This document shows, piece after piece, positions 29,529 through 40,725 of a stretch of 64,000 nt of DNA. The stretch is from Acinetobacter sp. (GTDB taxonomy: Bacteria; Pseudomonadota; Gammaproteobacteria; Pseudomonadales; Moraxellaceae). The DNA lies in contig NZ_JAYROT010000062.1 of the NCBI RefSeq assembly GCF_041911495.1, positions 1,653-65,652 on the forward strand. Reading direction: 5' to 3'. The notes under the pieces were generated by a model that worked only from the letters and a program-made list of their open reading frames with translations, was not told the DNA's origin and made no database searches. Every line of letters starts with the position of its first letter. Positions within the stretch are counted from its first letter, which is position 1. A program made the translations under genes and the position numbers.

Positions 29529-30734
29529 TTAAGTTTCTGTCCGAAGCTCAGCTTTGTTTTGTGTATCTTTATCAATTCGAAACATTACCCCGATCATAAA
29601 AGCACACATCAATAACGATGAACCGCCATAACTAATAAATGGCAAGGTCAATCCTTTGGTTGGGATCAAGCCCATATTCATCCCTGCATTGACACAGATT
29701 TGTAGCAGGAAAATCACCGAAATACCATATGCCAAATAACCACTACGATAATGACCATTTGCAAGCGCACGATGACCAATGCGCATACAGCTTGCAAGCA
29801 TTAAAAATGACAAACAGAAAATGATGCTAATGCCAAAGAAACCAAGCTCTTCACCAGTCACTGCAAGCATAAAGTCGGTATGTGCCTCAGGCAAGTAAGC
29901 AAGCTTCTGCACGCTATGCCCAAGCCCTGTACCAAACCATTCACCTCGACCAAAGGCAATCAAACTCTGCGCTAGTTGATAACCATCACCTTGCGGATCT
30001 TGCCACGGATCGCTAAACGACATCAAACGACGATAACGATACGGCTCAATCACGATAAACATCGCAAGCAATGCCACCACCACGCCAAACAGCACCATAA
30101 AGGCTCTCGTCGGCGCGCCTGCCAAAAAGAACATTGTAAACATGGTCATGATGATCACTGCCGATGCTCCAAGATCGGGCTCGAACATGATCAAACCAAC
30201 GGTCGTTCCGACAGGAATACACAACCGAACAAAACTGGCAAAACTCTCACGCACCTCACCACCACGACGTACCACATAGTCTGCAGTAAACACAGTCATG
30301 GCAAATTTGGCGAATTCAGATGGCTGAAAGGTAAAGCCTGCAAAGCTCAGCCAACGTGTTGACCCATTGACATCTCGCCCCACTGCGAGCACCAAACCTA
30401 ATAGGATCAGCGTTAATATCCACAACAGCACTGGTGCTTTACCAAACCAATTTTTCAGTTGGAAATTATAGGCTGCGATCCCTGCGACAAAGGCGAGGAC
30501 GATATACAAGGCATGACGATGTACATAATGAAATGGATTTTCATGCAGTTGTTCGGCAAATGGCATCGACGCGGACGCCACCATCACCGTACCGATACAC
30601 AGCAGACTTAACACACAAAATAATAAGGTATTGCGTGCAGTCACTTCCGCAGGTAAAAACGCCAACAGACGATTAAACCCGAGATCAATACGATGTTGCA
30701 TCCATTGCAATTTTGGATAAATAAAATCTTTCAT
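29529..30734 (-). CDS. ftsW: Peptidoglycan polymerase FtsW (SEDS)
   Basis: NGSTRW, FQPSEFAK, EPDLG, GYQLAQSLIA, YLPEAHTDF, LPFISYGGSS. Confidence 0.95.
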   Translation of the reverse strand: MKDFIYPKLQWMQHRIDLGFNRLLAFLPAEVTARNTLLFCVLSLLCIGTVMVASASMPFAEQLHENPFHYVHRHALYIVLAFVAGIAAYNFQLKNWFGKAPVLLWILTLILLGLVLAVGRDVNGSTRWLSFAGFTFQPSEFAKFAMTVFTADYVVRRGGEVRESFASFVRLCIPVGTTVGLIMFEPDLGASAVIIMTMFTMFFLAGAPTRAFMVLFGVVVALLAMFIVIEPYRYRRLMSFSDPWQDPQGDGYQLAQSLIAFGRGEWFGTGLGHSVQKLAYLPEAHTDFMLAVTGEELGFFGISIIFCLSFLMLASCMRIGHRALANGHYRSGYLAYGISVIFLLQICVNAGMNMGLIPTKGLTLPFISYGGSSLLMCAFMIGVMFRIDKDTQNKAELRTET

Positions 30735-30782
30735 AGCGACTTTTTATTTCACTTGGTTATTACATTGCGCTTCATTTCAATT

Positions 30783-32192
<1,410 letters not shown>

Positions 32193-32363
32193 TTAGATAC
32201 GAATTTTTAGGGGTGTTTTGTATATGATATGGGATTTTAATGCTGAATCATTTACCTGAGAATAGCTAAGCAAAAATAAATTCAATCAACCCCCCTTATT
32301 AACTTGCTATAATTTAAGTTCTATAATATTCTCCTTTTACAAACTTACTAAGGACACATTGTT

Positions 32364-32717
32364 ATGCTTACTTATCAAAGTAAAAATTTTACAGACTTAT
32401 ACAATACTGATCACGGTCAGAAGTTATGGAATTTTCTGAATACAGACAGAGCGAAGATTCAAATGGAAACAGCTAGCGACTTGAAAAAACCTGCATTGTT
32501 GGGAATTGAAAAAGATTTATTAAAACTAGGTTTAATGCAAAAAAATTCAACTAGCTTTAATGATGATGAGAAAAAGGAATACGATAGAACCAAACAAATG
32601 CTTGGCTCTATGGTAAAGCAAGTTATGGCGAGTCTTGGATATATTATTTATTCAAACAATATTAAGACACCTCATAGCAATATTTTTTATTCGGCAACAA
32701 TGTATGAGGAAAGATAA
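32364..32717 (+). CDS. Hypothetical protein (island ORF1, 117 aa)
   Basis: RBS TAAGGA; AT-rich codons; no recognised domain. Confidence 0.75.
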   Translation: MLTYQSKNFTDLYNTDHGQKLWNFLNTDRAKIQMETASDLKKPALLGIEKDLLKLGLMQKNSTSFNDDEKKEYDRTKQMLGSMVKQVMASLGYIIYSNNIKTPHSNIFYSATMYEER

Positions 32718-32770
32718 CCCCCTCTATTGAATACCGTTTTTACTAATTTATTTATGGAATAGGCTTTAAA

Positions 32771-33064
32771 ATGAATACATTTATATGGAATGAAGATAAT
32801 CTAGATCACTTAGGAAAAAAATTTCTAAGACATATTCTTGACAATATGCGTGGCTATGAAGGAACAGTTGTGAGATTTGGTCTTACAGGTGAAGGAATCC
32901 AACCGAATTATCAAATTACTTTTCCGAATGGAATTGTTAGACCAATCAATGGAATATCTCATAAACTATTTAAAAAAGATGGTTTTGATGCCCATGAATT
33001 TTCTTCTGACAGATTGTCCCAGCCCTTTACGTTCCTACAAATTCAAAATGCATATCAAAGCTAA
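32771..33064 (+). CDS. Hypothetical protein (island ORF2, 97 aa)
   Basis: ATG start with an AGG upstream; motif VVRFGLTGEGIQPNYQITFPNG; operon-like spacing. Confidence 0.72.
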   Translation: MNTFIWNEDNLDHLGKKFLRHILDNMRGYEGTVVRFGLTGEGIQPNYQITFPNGIVRPINGISHKLFKKDGFDAHEFSSDRLSQPFTFLQIQNAYQS

Positions 33065-33085
33065 TTGAGGAGCCTAAGGAAATTT

Positions 33086-33667
33086 ATGTCTCATACGTTA
33101 CTTTATGTTCATGGATTCGCATCATCGGGACAATCTTCAAAAGTTGAAGAGCTAAAAGATATTTTGCGTTGTAATGTGATTGCACCTGATTTGCAACATC
33201 GCCCAATGAGTGATGTTGCAATGTTGGCGCAAATTATTTCCACTGAACATGTAGCAACAATAGTTGGTAGTTCATTAGGAGGATTTTATGCACTTATCCT
33301 TGCACTTCAGTTTAAAGTAAATCTCATCTTAATTAATCCATCTTTAAGCCCACACATTACTCTGCAAGATCAAGTTGGTTTGGTGAAGAATTTTAAAGGT
33401 GGTGAGTTTTCTTGGCAAATGAAACAAATCAATGAGTTGGCTTTAATGGTCAACTCCATTAATCCGCAGGTAATAAAACAGAGTGAAATTGACTTATCAC
33501 ATGTTCTAGTGCTTTTAGCTGAGCAGGATCAACGGCTCGATTACCGTGATGCTGTTAACCTATTGCATGGAGCAAAAATTATCATAGATCAACAACAAAA
33601 TCATAGATTTTCTAATATTGGCATATATGCAGACGATATTAGAAATGTGTCTCAAGTGAGAAACTAA
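33086..33667 (+). CDS. YqiA/YcfP-family alpha/beta hydrolase (island ORF3)
   Basis: VHGFAS, GSSLGG, LINPS, QDQRLDY, NHRF; RBS TAAGGA. Confidence 0.85.
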   Translation: MSHTLLYVHGFASSGQSSKVEELKDILRCNVIAPDLQHRPMSDVAMLAQIISTEHVATIVGSSLGGFYALILALQFKVNLILINPSLSPHITLQDQVGLVKNFKGGEFSWQMKQINELALMVNSINPQVIKQSEIDLSHVLVLLAEQDQRLDYRDAVNLLHGAKIIIDQQQNHRFSNIGIYADDIRNVSQVRN

Positions 33668-33737
33668 ACCGATTTATGTTAATTAATTTGATTCATTAAT
33701 ACTCAATCAAATAGTTCTGAGGTCGTGAGATTATTAT

Positions 33738-34529
33738 ATGCAATATGAAATGCAAGGTCTAACTTGGCAGGCTAGAAAACAGAATCAACAAGATGCTATC
33801 CTGATTAAGAATAAAGTTATCTGTGAAAAAGGACGATACAGTTCTTTAGATACATTGAAAGATAATAATGCTTGGTGTGTTGCTGTAGCAGATGGTATAA
33901 GCAACCAGAAAAATTCAGATAAAGCTGCCATAGCAGTACTGGAAATTATTAATGAGTATTATAAACACAATTTGGCTGATATTCGACTATCTTATATACA
34001 AGAATTACTTTGTACAAAATTAAAATCTAAATCAGTAGTCGATGCTGCTACAACAATGGCATTAATTAGACACTCGACTGACGATGAATATAACCAAATA
34101 AGGATTCAATCTTTGGGAGATAGTAGAGTTTACTATTTCTCACACCAACTTGAAAGCTGGGAAATTTTAACGCAAGACGACAATTTCTTTAATGAAATGG
34201 ATATTGCTAATCTTAGTAAAGAAAGCCTTGCATTGTTAAATTCAGAGCAAGAACTCGCTTCAACATACGATACTCTCACTGGGTATTTCTGTGCAAATGC
34301 ACTCCATGAAGTAGATGAGAAGATGACGCAAATTCATATTGTAGAACCTAATGATGTATTAATGGTATGCACTGATGGTGTTTTTGATGCTATTCCACAT
34401 ACTGAATGGCCCTTAATTAAACTAAATCAATCATTGCAAGAATGGCTTAAAAACTTTGTTAAAATATTGACGCCTTTTGCAGGAGATAATATTAGTCTAG
34501 TTCTAATTAGAGCTACTGCTACTGAGTAA
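33738..34529 (+). CDS. PP2C/PPM-family Ser/Thr protein phosphatase (island ORF4)
   Basis: RKQNQQDA, AVADGIS, AATT, SLGDSRVY, LTQDD, LMVCTDGVFD, GDNISLVL metal-binding motifs. Confidence 0.87.
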   Translation: MQYEMQGLTWQARKQNQQDAILIKNKVICEKGRYSSLDTLKDNNAWCVAVADGISNQKNSDKAAIAVLEIINEYYKHNLADIRLSYIQELLCTKLKSKSVVDAATTMALIRHSTDDEYNQIRIQSLGDSRVYYFSHQLESWEILTQDDNFFNEMDIANLSKESLALLNSEQELASTYDTLTGYFCANALHEVDEKMTQIHIVEPNDVLMVCTDGVFDAIPHTEWPLIKLNQSLQEWLKNFVKILTPFAGDNISLVLIRATATE

Positions 34530-34598
34530 TCGCCATAAAAGTAACTGCAATAAATTTAGTGATGGTGAAGATGCAAACTTGTCACCTCAATTTCATAC

Positions 34599-34633
34599 AA
34601 AAAATCTAGCCCATTTGCACAAGCTAGATTTTT
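34599..34633. terminator. Terminator between the island and acs
   Basis: AAAAATCTAGC-N12-GCTAGATTTTT. Confidence 0.65.
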
Positions 34634-34660
34634 ATTTACTACTAATTTAAGTGTGATTGC

Positions 34661-36604
34661 TTACTTTTGCCCATGCACCGTAATGATCAACTGCTCGACC
34701 ACTTGCGGTTCAGCCAACGTTGAGGTATCGCCGATACTGTCTTGTTCATTGGCAACGATCTTACGCAAGATACGACGCATGATCTTACCCGAGCGCGTTT
34801 TTGGTAGTGACGGTGCCCAGTGTAGCGCATCAGGACTGGCTACAGGCCCCATCACTTTACGTACCCATTGCACCAATTCTTTACGCAGTTCTTCGCTCTC
34901 ATCGACACCCGCTTGTAAGGTCACGAATGTACAGATACCTTGCCCTTTGATTTCGTGAGGCATACCGACCACCGCAGCTTCGGCAACCGCTTCATGCAGT
35001 ACCAATGCACTTTCGATCTCTGCTGTACCAAGGCGATGACCCGATACATTTAATACATCATCGACACGTCCAGTGATCCAGTAGTAACCATCTTCGTCAC
35101 GACGGGAACCGTCACCTGTGAAATAGTTACCTGGGAATGTAGAGAAATAAGCTTCGAGGAAGCGTTCATGATCACCCCAAATATCACGCATTTGACCCGG
35201 CCATGAGTCTTGAATGACGAGATTACCCTCTGCTGCACCTTCGACCAGTTTGCCTTCTCCATCGACCAGTGCAGGTTTAACTCCGAAGAATGGCTTGGTC
35301 GCCGACCCCGGTTTGAGATCAATCGCACCCGGTAATGGCGCAATCAAAATTCCGCCTGTTTCTGTCTGCCACCATGTATCGACGATCGGACAACGTCCTT
35401 CACCGACCACTTCATAATACCAATTCCACGCTTCAGGGTTGATCGGCTCACCGACTGACCCAAGCAGACGCAAGCTACTACGATTACTTTCACGCACATA
35501 AGCATCGCCCTCACGCATCATGGCACGGATCGCCGTTGGTGCGGTGTAGAGTATCGACACTTTGTGTTTATCGACCACATGACCGATACGTGCCCACGAT
35601 GGATATTGCGGCACACCTTCGAACATTACCGTGGTTGTTCCATTGGCAAGTGGTCCATAGATCAAGTAAGAATGTCCTGTAATCCAACCAATATCTGCAG
35701 TACACCAATACACATCATCTTGCTTCACATCGAAGACTTCTTTGAAAGTACTGGTTGCATAGACAAGGTAACCACCAGTGGTATGCAATACGCCTTTTGG
35801 CTTACCTGTTGAGCCTGAGGTATAGAGAATAAATAACGGATCTTCCGCTTTCATTGGCTCAGGTGGACAATCTGCATTCACTTCCATGATTTCAAGGTGA
35901 TACCACAGATCACGGCCTTCTTTCATGTCGATTGGGTTGGCATTGCGATAAACCACGATGACATTGTCTACGCTTTCCGTCCCTGCGATCTCAAGTGCCG
36001 CATCGACATTTTCTTTGAGTGGTAACAGCTTGCCACCACGTAAGCCTGAGTCTGCCGTGATGACTAATTTTGCTTGTGAATCTTCAATACGACTCGCTAA
36101 TGAATCAGGTGAGAAACCACCGAATACCACGCAATGCACCGCACCAATACGTGCGCAGGCCAGCATTGCTACAGCTGCTTCTGTCACCATTGGCATGTAG
36201 AGCACTACACGGTCACCTTTGCCAATTCCACGTTTTTTCAAGACATTGGCAAAACGACAGACTTCATCATGCAATTCTTTAAACGATACGATCTTATGAC
36301 GTGATGGATGGTCACCTTCCCAAATGATCGCAGGCTTATGTGGATGTTCTTTGAGATGACGATCAAGACAGTTGGCAGCGACATTCAACTCACCATCGGC
36401 AAACCATTCAATTTTAAAATTATCTCGCTCAAAATTGGTGTCTTTGACTTTTGTAAAGGGTTTAATCCAGTCAATGATTTTTGCCTGCTCTGCCCAAAAG
36501 CCTTCAGGATCGTCGATCGACTGCTGATAACGTGCTTCATATTCTTCGAGATTGGTACGTGCAGTTGTGGCAAATTGCTCTGGCACTGGATAGAGTTCAT
36601 TCAT
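34661..36604 (-). CDS. acs: Acetyl-CoA synthetase
   Basis: [53 protein letters not shown]. Confidence 0.97.
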   Translation of the reverse strand: MNELYPVPEQFATTARTNLEEYEARYQQSIDDPEGFWAEQAKIIDWIKPFTKVKDTNFERDNFKIEWFADGELNVAANCLDRHLKEHPHKPAIIWEGDHPSRHKIVSFKELHDEVCRFANVLKKRGIGKGDRVVLYMPMVTEAAVAMLACARIGAVHCVVFGGFSPDSLASRIEDSQAKLVITADSGLRGGKLLPLKENVDAALEIAGTESVDNVIVVYRNANPIDMKEGRDLWYHLEIMEVNADCPPEPMKAEDPLFILYTSGSTGKPKGVLHTTGGYLVYATSTFKEVFDVKQDDVYWCTADIGWITGHSYLIYGPLANGTTTVMFEGVPQYPSWARIGHVVDKHKVSILYTAPTAIRAMMREGDAYVRESNRSSLRLLGSVGEPINPEAWNWYYEVVGEGRCPIVDTWWQTETGGILIAPLPGAIDLKPGSATKPFFGVKPALVDGEGKLVEGAAEGNLVIQDSWPGQMRDIWGDHERFLEAYFSTFPGNYFTGDGSRRDEDGYYWITGRVDDVLNVSGHRLGTAEIESALVLHEAVAEAAVVGMPHEIKGQGICTFVTLQAGVDESEELRKELVQWVRKVMGPVASPDALHWAPSLPKTRSGKIMRRILRKIVANEQDSIGDTSTLAEPQVVEQLIITVHGQK

Positions 36605-36899
36605 GTGGCTGTTTCCCTTAGCTTCCTAATGTCCGATGGCGTTATTCTATTTGTATGATAATTTCACGTTTGATTGACATGAATTATGTACATAAGCGGG
36701 AGCATGACAAATATCGCAACGCACATCAAATGATGTTTATTCTGAACTTAGTAAATCTTGCTTTGCATGGCTGAACAATCATGCTTTGGTCTAAAACTGT
36801 CAATCTTCGATAAAAATAATAATGATAAAATTTATTGCAAACTATTGATTTAAATTGATTTATAAAAATATAGCTTTGACGATTTTTAAAATTTTACAC

Positions 36900-36909
36900 G
36901 ACCAAAGTC
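36900..36909. promoter_or_regulatory. Candidate CrbR/ErdR-type site upstream of acs
   Basis: GAC-CAAA-GTC, matching a GAC-N4-GTC pattern recalled for acs activators; a related CTTTGGTC lies at 36784-36791. Confidence 0.35.
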
Positions 36910-36985
36910 TAGCGCTTTGATCGTGCTTACTGTGTATTTTTTTCAAAAAGTATTGCAAAAGTTTACGAGTGGTTCACTAATGAGC

Positions 36986-38347
36986 TTAGCCTTTTATGGC
37001 TTGAATCAACTTTTGATGCAATCCACCAAAGCCACCATTAGACATGATCACCACTGCATCGCCTGATTGCGCTTCATTTTTTACACGTTCAATGATTTGA
37101 TCAAGCGATTGACTGACCTGCGCAGAGTTACTTGAAGCTTCGACCACAGGTTGTAAATCCCAATCCAAGCCTTCTGGTTGATACCAAATCACCTCATCGG
37201 CAACACGTGCCGAGTACGCAAGTCCTGCTTTATGACTACCCATACGCATGGTATTCGAGCGTGGCTCAATGATCGCCCACAAACGACGTTCGCCTAGACG
37301 TTTGCGTGCACCGTCCAGCGTAGTTTCGATCGCTGTTGGGTGATGGGCAAAGTCGTCATAAACCTCAATACCGTTGATGGTATCGAGTAATTCCATGCGA
37401 CGCTTCACCCCACCGAAGTTCGATAATGCTTCACAAGCTTGGTGGATACTTACACCCACATGCTCCGCTGCAGCGATGGTTGCCAGTGCATTTGCGACGC
37501 TATGCTGACCTGTCATGGTCCATTGCACTTCACCTTTTTCAATGCCGAAATGCAACACTTTGAAATGACTACCATCCGCCGAGATCAGCTCTGCAGAGAG
37601 TTCAACTTGATCTTCGACCGCAAAACCTGTGCGTGTCACAGGTGTCCAACTGCCCATTTCTAATACTTCATCAATATGGGTTTCGGTGATGGGTGCAATG
37701 ATGCGACCTGTACTTGGAATGGTGCGCACGAGATGATGAAATTGTTTTTGAATCGCTGCCAAATCATCAAAAATATCAGCATGGTCAAATTCAAGATTAT
37801 TTAGAATCGCTGTGCGTGGGTGATAATGTACAAACTTAGAACGCTTATCGAAGAATGCAGAATCATATTCATCGGCTTCAACCACGAAATATTTGTCACC
37901 CAATCGAGCACTTTCACTAAAACCGAGTGGTACACCACCGATGAGGAAACCTGGATTAAGTCCTGCCTGATCAAGTACCCAAGCAAGCATGGTGGTAGTG
38001 GTGGTTTTACCATGCGTCCCTGCAACACCAAGTACGTGTTTGTCTTTAAGCACATGATCGGCTAAGAACTGAGGCCCTGAGGTATAAGCAAGCCCTTCAT
38101 CGAGCATATACTCCACCGCATCAATCCCACGCTTCATGGCATTGCCGACGATGACTAAATCGGGATGTGGCTGTAGATGACTACGATCATAGCCTTGCAT
38201 CAATGCGATTCCTGCATTTTCGAGTTGGGTAGACATTGGAGGATAGACGTTTTGATCGCTCCCCGTCACGGTATGTCCTAGCTCACGCGCCAATAATGCC
38301 AATGAACCCATGAATGTGCCACAAATACCCAAAATATGCAGATGCAT
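36986..38347 (-). CDS. mpl: Murein peptide ligase
   Basis: MHLHILGICGTFMGSLA, GTHGKTTT, EADEYDSAFFDKRSKF, YDDFAHHPTAI, EPRSNT, MSNGGFGG. Confidence 0.96.
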   Translation of the reverse strand: MHLHILGICGTFMGSLALLARELGHTVTGSDQNVYPPMSTQLENAGIALMQGYDRSHLQPHPDLVIVGNAMKRGIDAVEYMLDEGLAYTSGPQFLADHVLKDKHVLGVAGTHGKTTTTTMLAWVLDQAGLNPGFLIGGVPLGFSESARLGDKYFVVEADEYDSAFFDKRSKFVHYHPRTAILNNLEFDHADIFDDLAAIQKQFHHLVRTIPSTGRIIAPITETHIDEVLEMGSWTPVTRTGFAVEDQVELSAELISADGSHFKVLHFGIEKGEVQWTMTGQHSVANALATIAAAEHVGVSIHQACEALSNFGGVKRRMELLDTINGIEVYDDFAHHPTAIETTLDGARKRLGERRLWAIIEPRSNTMRMGSHKAGLAYSARVADEVIWYQPEGLDWDLQPVVEASSNSAQVSQSLDQIIERVKNEAQSGDAVVIMSNGGFGGLHQKLIQAIKG

Positions 38348-38577
38348 CTGTACTACTCTCTTCTCTCTTGCTATCGCAATACGTTGCAAACGGTTGCGAC
38401 GCATTGTTTTTAATTCGCCTAGCAAGATAGCAAGGCTCATCGGGAAAAGATAGTGCTTTTTATTGTCAGATCAATCTCTGTGTTTACTGGATAAAAATGA
38501 GGAGGATTTGACGACTTTTTATAGTCATGATGTGATATTTCGACATACACTATGAAAAAACTCTAGAGTAGTTTTAC

Positions 38578-38931
38578 ATGTCAATCACGGCTTGGGCTTT
38601 TGTATTTTTAGCCATTTCCAATTGTTTTATGACGTTGGCATGGTACGGTCATCTCAAATTTTTACACGATGCACCCATTTGGCAAGCGATCCTATTCGGT
38701 TGGGCGATTGCGCTACTTGAATATAGCTTTATGATTCCTGCAACACGTTGGCTCGATGCACAGGGTTGGTCACTGGGTCAGATGAAAATCAGCCAAGAAG
38801 TCATGACCTTGATCGTGTTTGTGCCCTTCATGATTTACCTGTTTAAACAACCCTTCAAAATGGATTATCTCTGGGCAGGATTGTGCTTATTGGGGTGTGT
38901 TTATTTTGTATTTCGCAGTCAAAATGCGTAG
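38578..38931 (+). CDS. DMT-family small membrane protein (DUF486-like)
   Basis: SNCFMTLAWYGHLK, WAIALLEY...VPA.R pattern, QMKISQEV. Confidence 0.85.
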   Translation: MSITAWAFVFLAISNCFMTLAWYGHLKFLHDAPIWQAILFGWAIALLEYSFMIPATRWLDAQGWSLGQMKISQEVMTLIVFVPFMIYLFKQPFKMDYLWAGLCLLGCVYFVFRSQNA

Positions 38932-38945
38932 AGTTGTTATATTTT

Positions 38946-38990
38946 TTTTGATTTAATCATTTTAACTCCTTTTGATTTAATCATTTTAAC
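38946..38990. repeat. Perfect 21-bp direct repeat (period 24)
   Basis: TTTTGATTTAATCATTTTAAC at 38946-38966 and 38970-38990. Confidence 0.85.
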
Positions 38991-39025
38991 AACATTGGCA
39001 TTCGCATAATAAATTTGAGGACGGC

Positions 39026-40579
39026 ATGACCATGAAATATTCAGTTTTAAGCATCTGCATCATCGGTGCTATTGCACAGCAAAGTTGGGCTTTGGCATTG
39101 AAAGATGCACCGATTCAACATGTGACGGTTTATCCTAATGGTGCTTTGGTCGAGCGTAACATTCCTGTCCGTGCAGGTGAGCGTTTGATTGAACTGGAAG
39201 GATTGCCTGCCAACTTCGATGTGTCTGCAATCAAAGTACAAGGGCAAAATGTCGATATCGGCGCAGTGACCAGTGTCGATAGTGCACTGGATAAACCTGC
39301 GGGACGTGAATCTTCTGCGCTTAAAAATGAAATCAAACAACTGGAAAGCGACATCGCCAAACTGAATGCCAAAATCCAAGCCGCCGAATTACAAAACACC
39401 TTTTTAGGCAATATCAAACAAGGCAATGCATTGACGGTACGCCAACAGGCTTATGATGCTTATCTCACCATTTCCACAGCAAACCAAGAGAAGAAAGAAC
39501 TTGAACAACGCCTACAAGAGTTAAATCAAGATTTAAATCAAATTGGCGATCATCGTTTTAATCAGCGCACTTTACAGCTTCATGTCAATGCACCGTCTTC
39601 AGGCGTGATTCAAATTGCTTATCAAGTGCCTTATGCGACGTGGCGACCAAGTTATAAAGCTGAGCTAAATAGTGTGACGAAACAAGTCACGCTCACACGT
39701 ATGGCGATGATTGCACAAAAAACAGGTGAAGATTGGGACAATGTAAAATTGACACTATCGACCAATACGCCACAAGGTCGGATTGAACAAATCCAACCCA
39801 ATCCGTGGTGGGTTAACTATTATGAACCTCGTAATGAGCCTATGTATGAACCTGCACCTGTTGCGATGGAAGTTGCCGCATTACAAGCAAGATCGAGTGC
39901 TGATGCGATGGGTGCCAAGCGTGTGGAAGAACCTCGTTTTCCTCAGTTTGAGCAAGTGCAACAAACCTATAGCACGCAATTTACCACTACCACACGGGCA
40001 TCAATCCCAAGTAGTAAACAGCAAATTTCACTACCACTTGATCAACAATCTTATGCGGCTAAACTCAGTACATGGGTGATTCCACAGCAACAGCAACGTG
40101 CCTATTTGAGTGCCGAGATTCCACGTGTCACAGGTGACTGGCCAAGTGGTGAAATCAAACTCTATCGTGATGGCGACTATATCGGTCAACGTCAGTGGCA
40201 AAACCCAAGTGCAGAACAAATGCACTTTAACTTTGGTGAAGATGAGCAAGTCTTGGTCAAAGTCTTAAATGATCAACGTGATCAAGATCAAACAGGTGCA
40301 TTTAGCAAACAAACTGTAGAAGTCTTATCGAAACAATATCAAATCCAAAACCGTCATACACAAGCGATTGATTTGCTCGTCTTTGAAAGTGTACCGCAGA
40401 GCCAAAATGATGCGCTCAAAGTTGAACATCAATTTAGCCATGCGCCGACAGCAACAGAATGGCAAGGGCAAAAGAATATCTACCAATGGCAACAGCCACT
40501 TGGTGCAAATCAAACGTGGCAATTGGATTTGAAATATCAGTTTAAATATCCAAAAGAAGGTTACGCATCAGGCTTCTAA
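39026..40579 (+). CDS. DUF4139/DUF4140 domain exported protein (MuiA-like)
   Basis: Signal peptide, VTVYPNGALVER, coiled coil, ATWRPSY, AQKTGEDW...LTLST, C-terminal beta region. Confidence 0.8.
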   Translation: MTMKYSVLSICIIGAIAQQSWALALKDAPIQHVTVYPNGALVERNIPVRAGERLIELEGLPANFDVSAIKVQGQNVDIGAVTSVDSALDKPAGRESSALKNEIKQLESDIAKLNAKIQAAELQNTFLGNIKQGNALTVRQQAYDAYLTISTANQEKKELEQRLQELNQDLNQIGDHRFNQRTLQLHVNAPSSGVIQIAYQVPYATWRPSYKAELNSVTKQVTLTRMAMIAQKTGEDWDNVKLTLSTNTPQGRIEQIQPNPWWVNYYEPRNEPMYEPAPVAMEVAALQARSSADAMGAKRVEEPRFPQFEQVQQTYSTQFTTTTRASIPSSKQQISLPLDQQSYAAKLSTWVIPQQQQRAYLSAEIPRVTGDWPSGEIKLYRDGDYIGQRQWQNPSAEQMHFNFGEDEQVLVKVLNDQRDQDQTGAFSKQTVEVLSKQYQIQNRHTQAIDLLVFESVPQSQNDALKVEHQFSHAPTATEWQGQKNIYQWQQPLGANQTWQLDLKYQFKYPKEGYASGF

Positions 40580-40603
40580 TCTGTCTTGTAATTTGCCTTT
40601 TTT

Positions 40604-40725
40604 AACCCTCCCCAGCCCTCCTTTTTCAAAGGAGGGAGTATTTCGATATTCAATACAGTGCTGAATTTAATGATATTCCCCTCTTTTTCAAAGATGAGAA
40701 ACATTGTTTCGCAAGAGGGAGATTT
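40604..40725. repeat. REP-like palindromic repeat pair, degenerate
   Basis: CCCTCCTTT-TTC-AAAGGAGGG hairpin (40616-40636); second unit TTCCCCTCTTTTTCAAAG...CAAGAGGGAGATTT interrupted by GAGAAACATTGTTTCGC. Confidence 0.55.

Noticed and set aside
33657-33684. pdif/XerCD site inside the island
   Set aside because: TTATGTTAATT resembles a XerD arm, but the would-be XerC arm TGAGAAACTAA matches only the terminal TAA.
38348-38440. Long N-terminal extensions in the ORF track for mpl (also lspA, cpdA, murD, SIMPL, mscS)
   Set aside because: Family-typical N-termini begin at downstream starts; the extensions are just stop-free upstream sequence.
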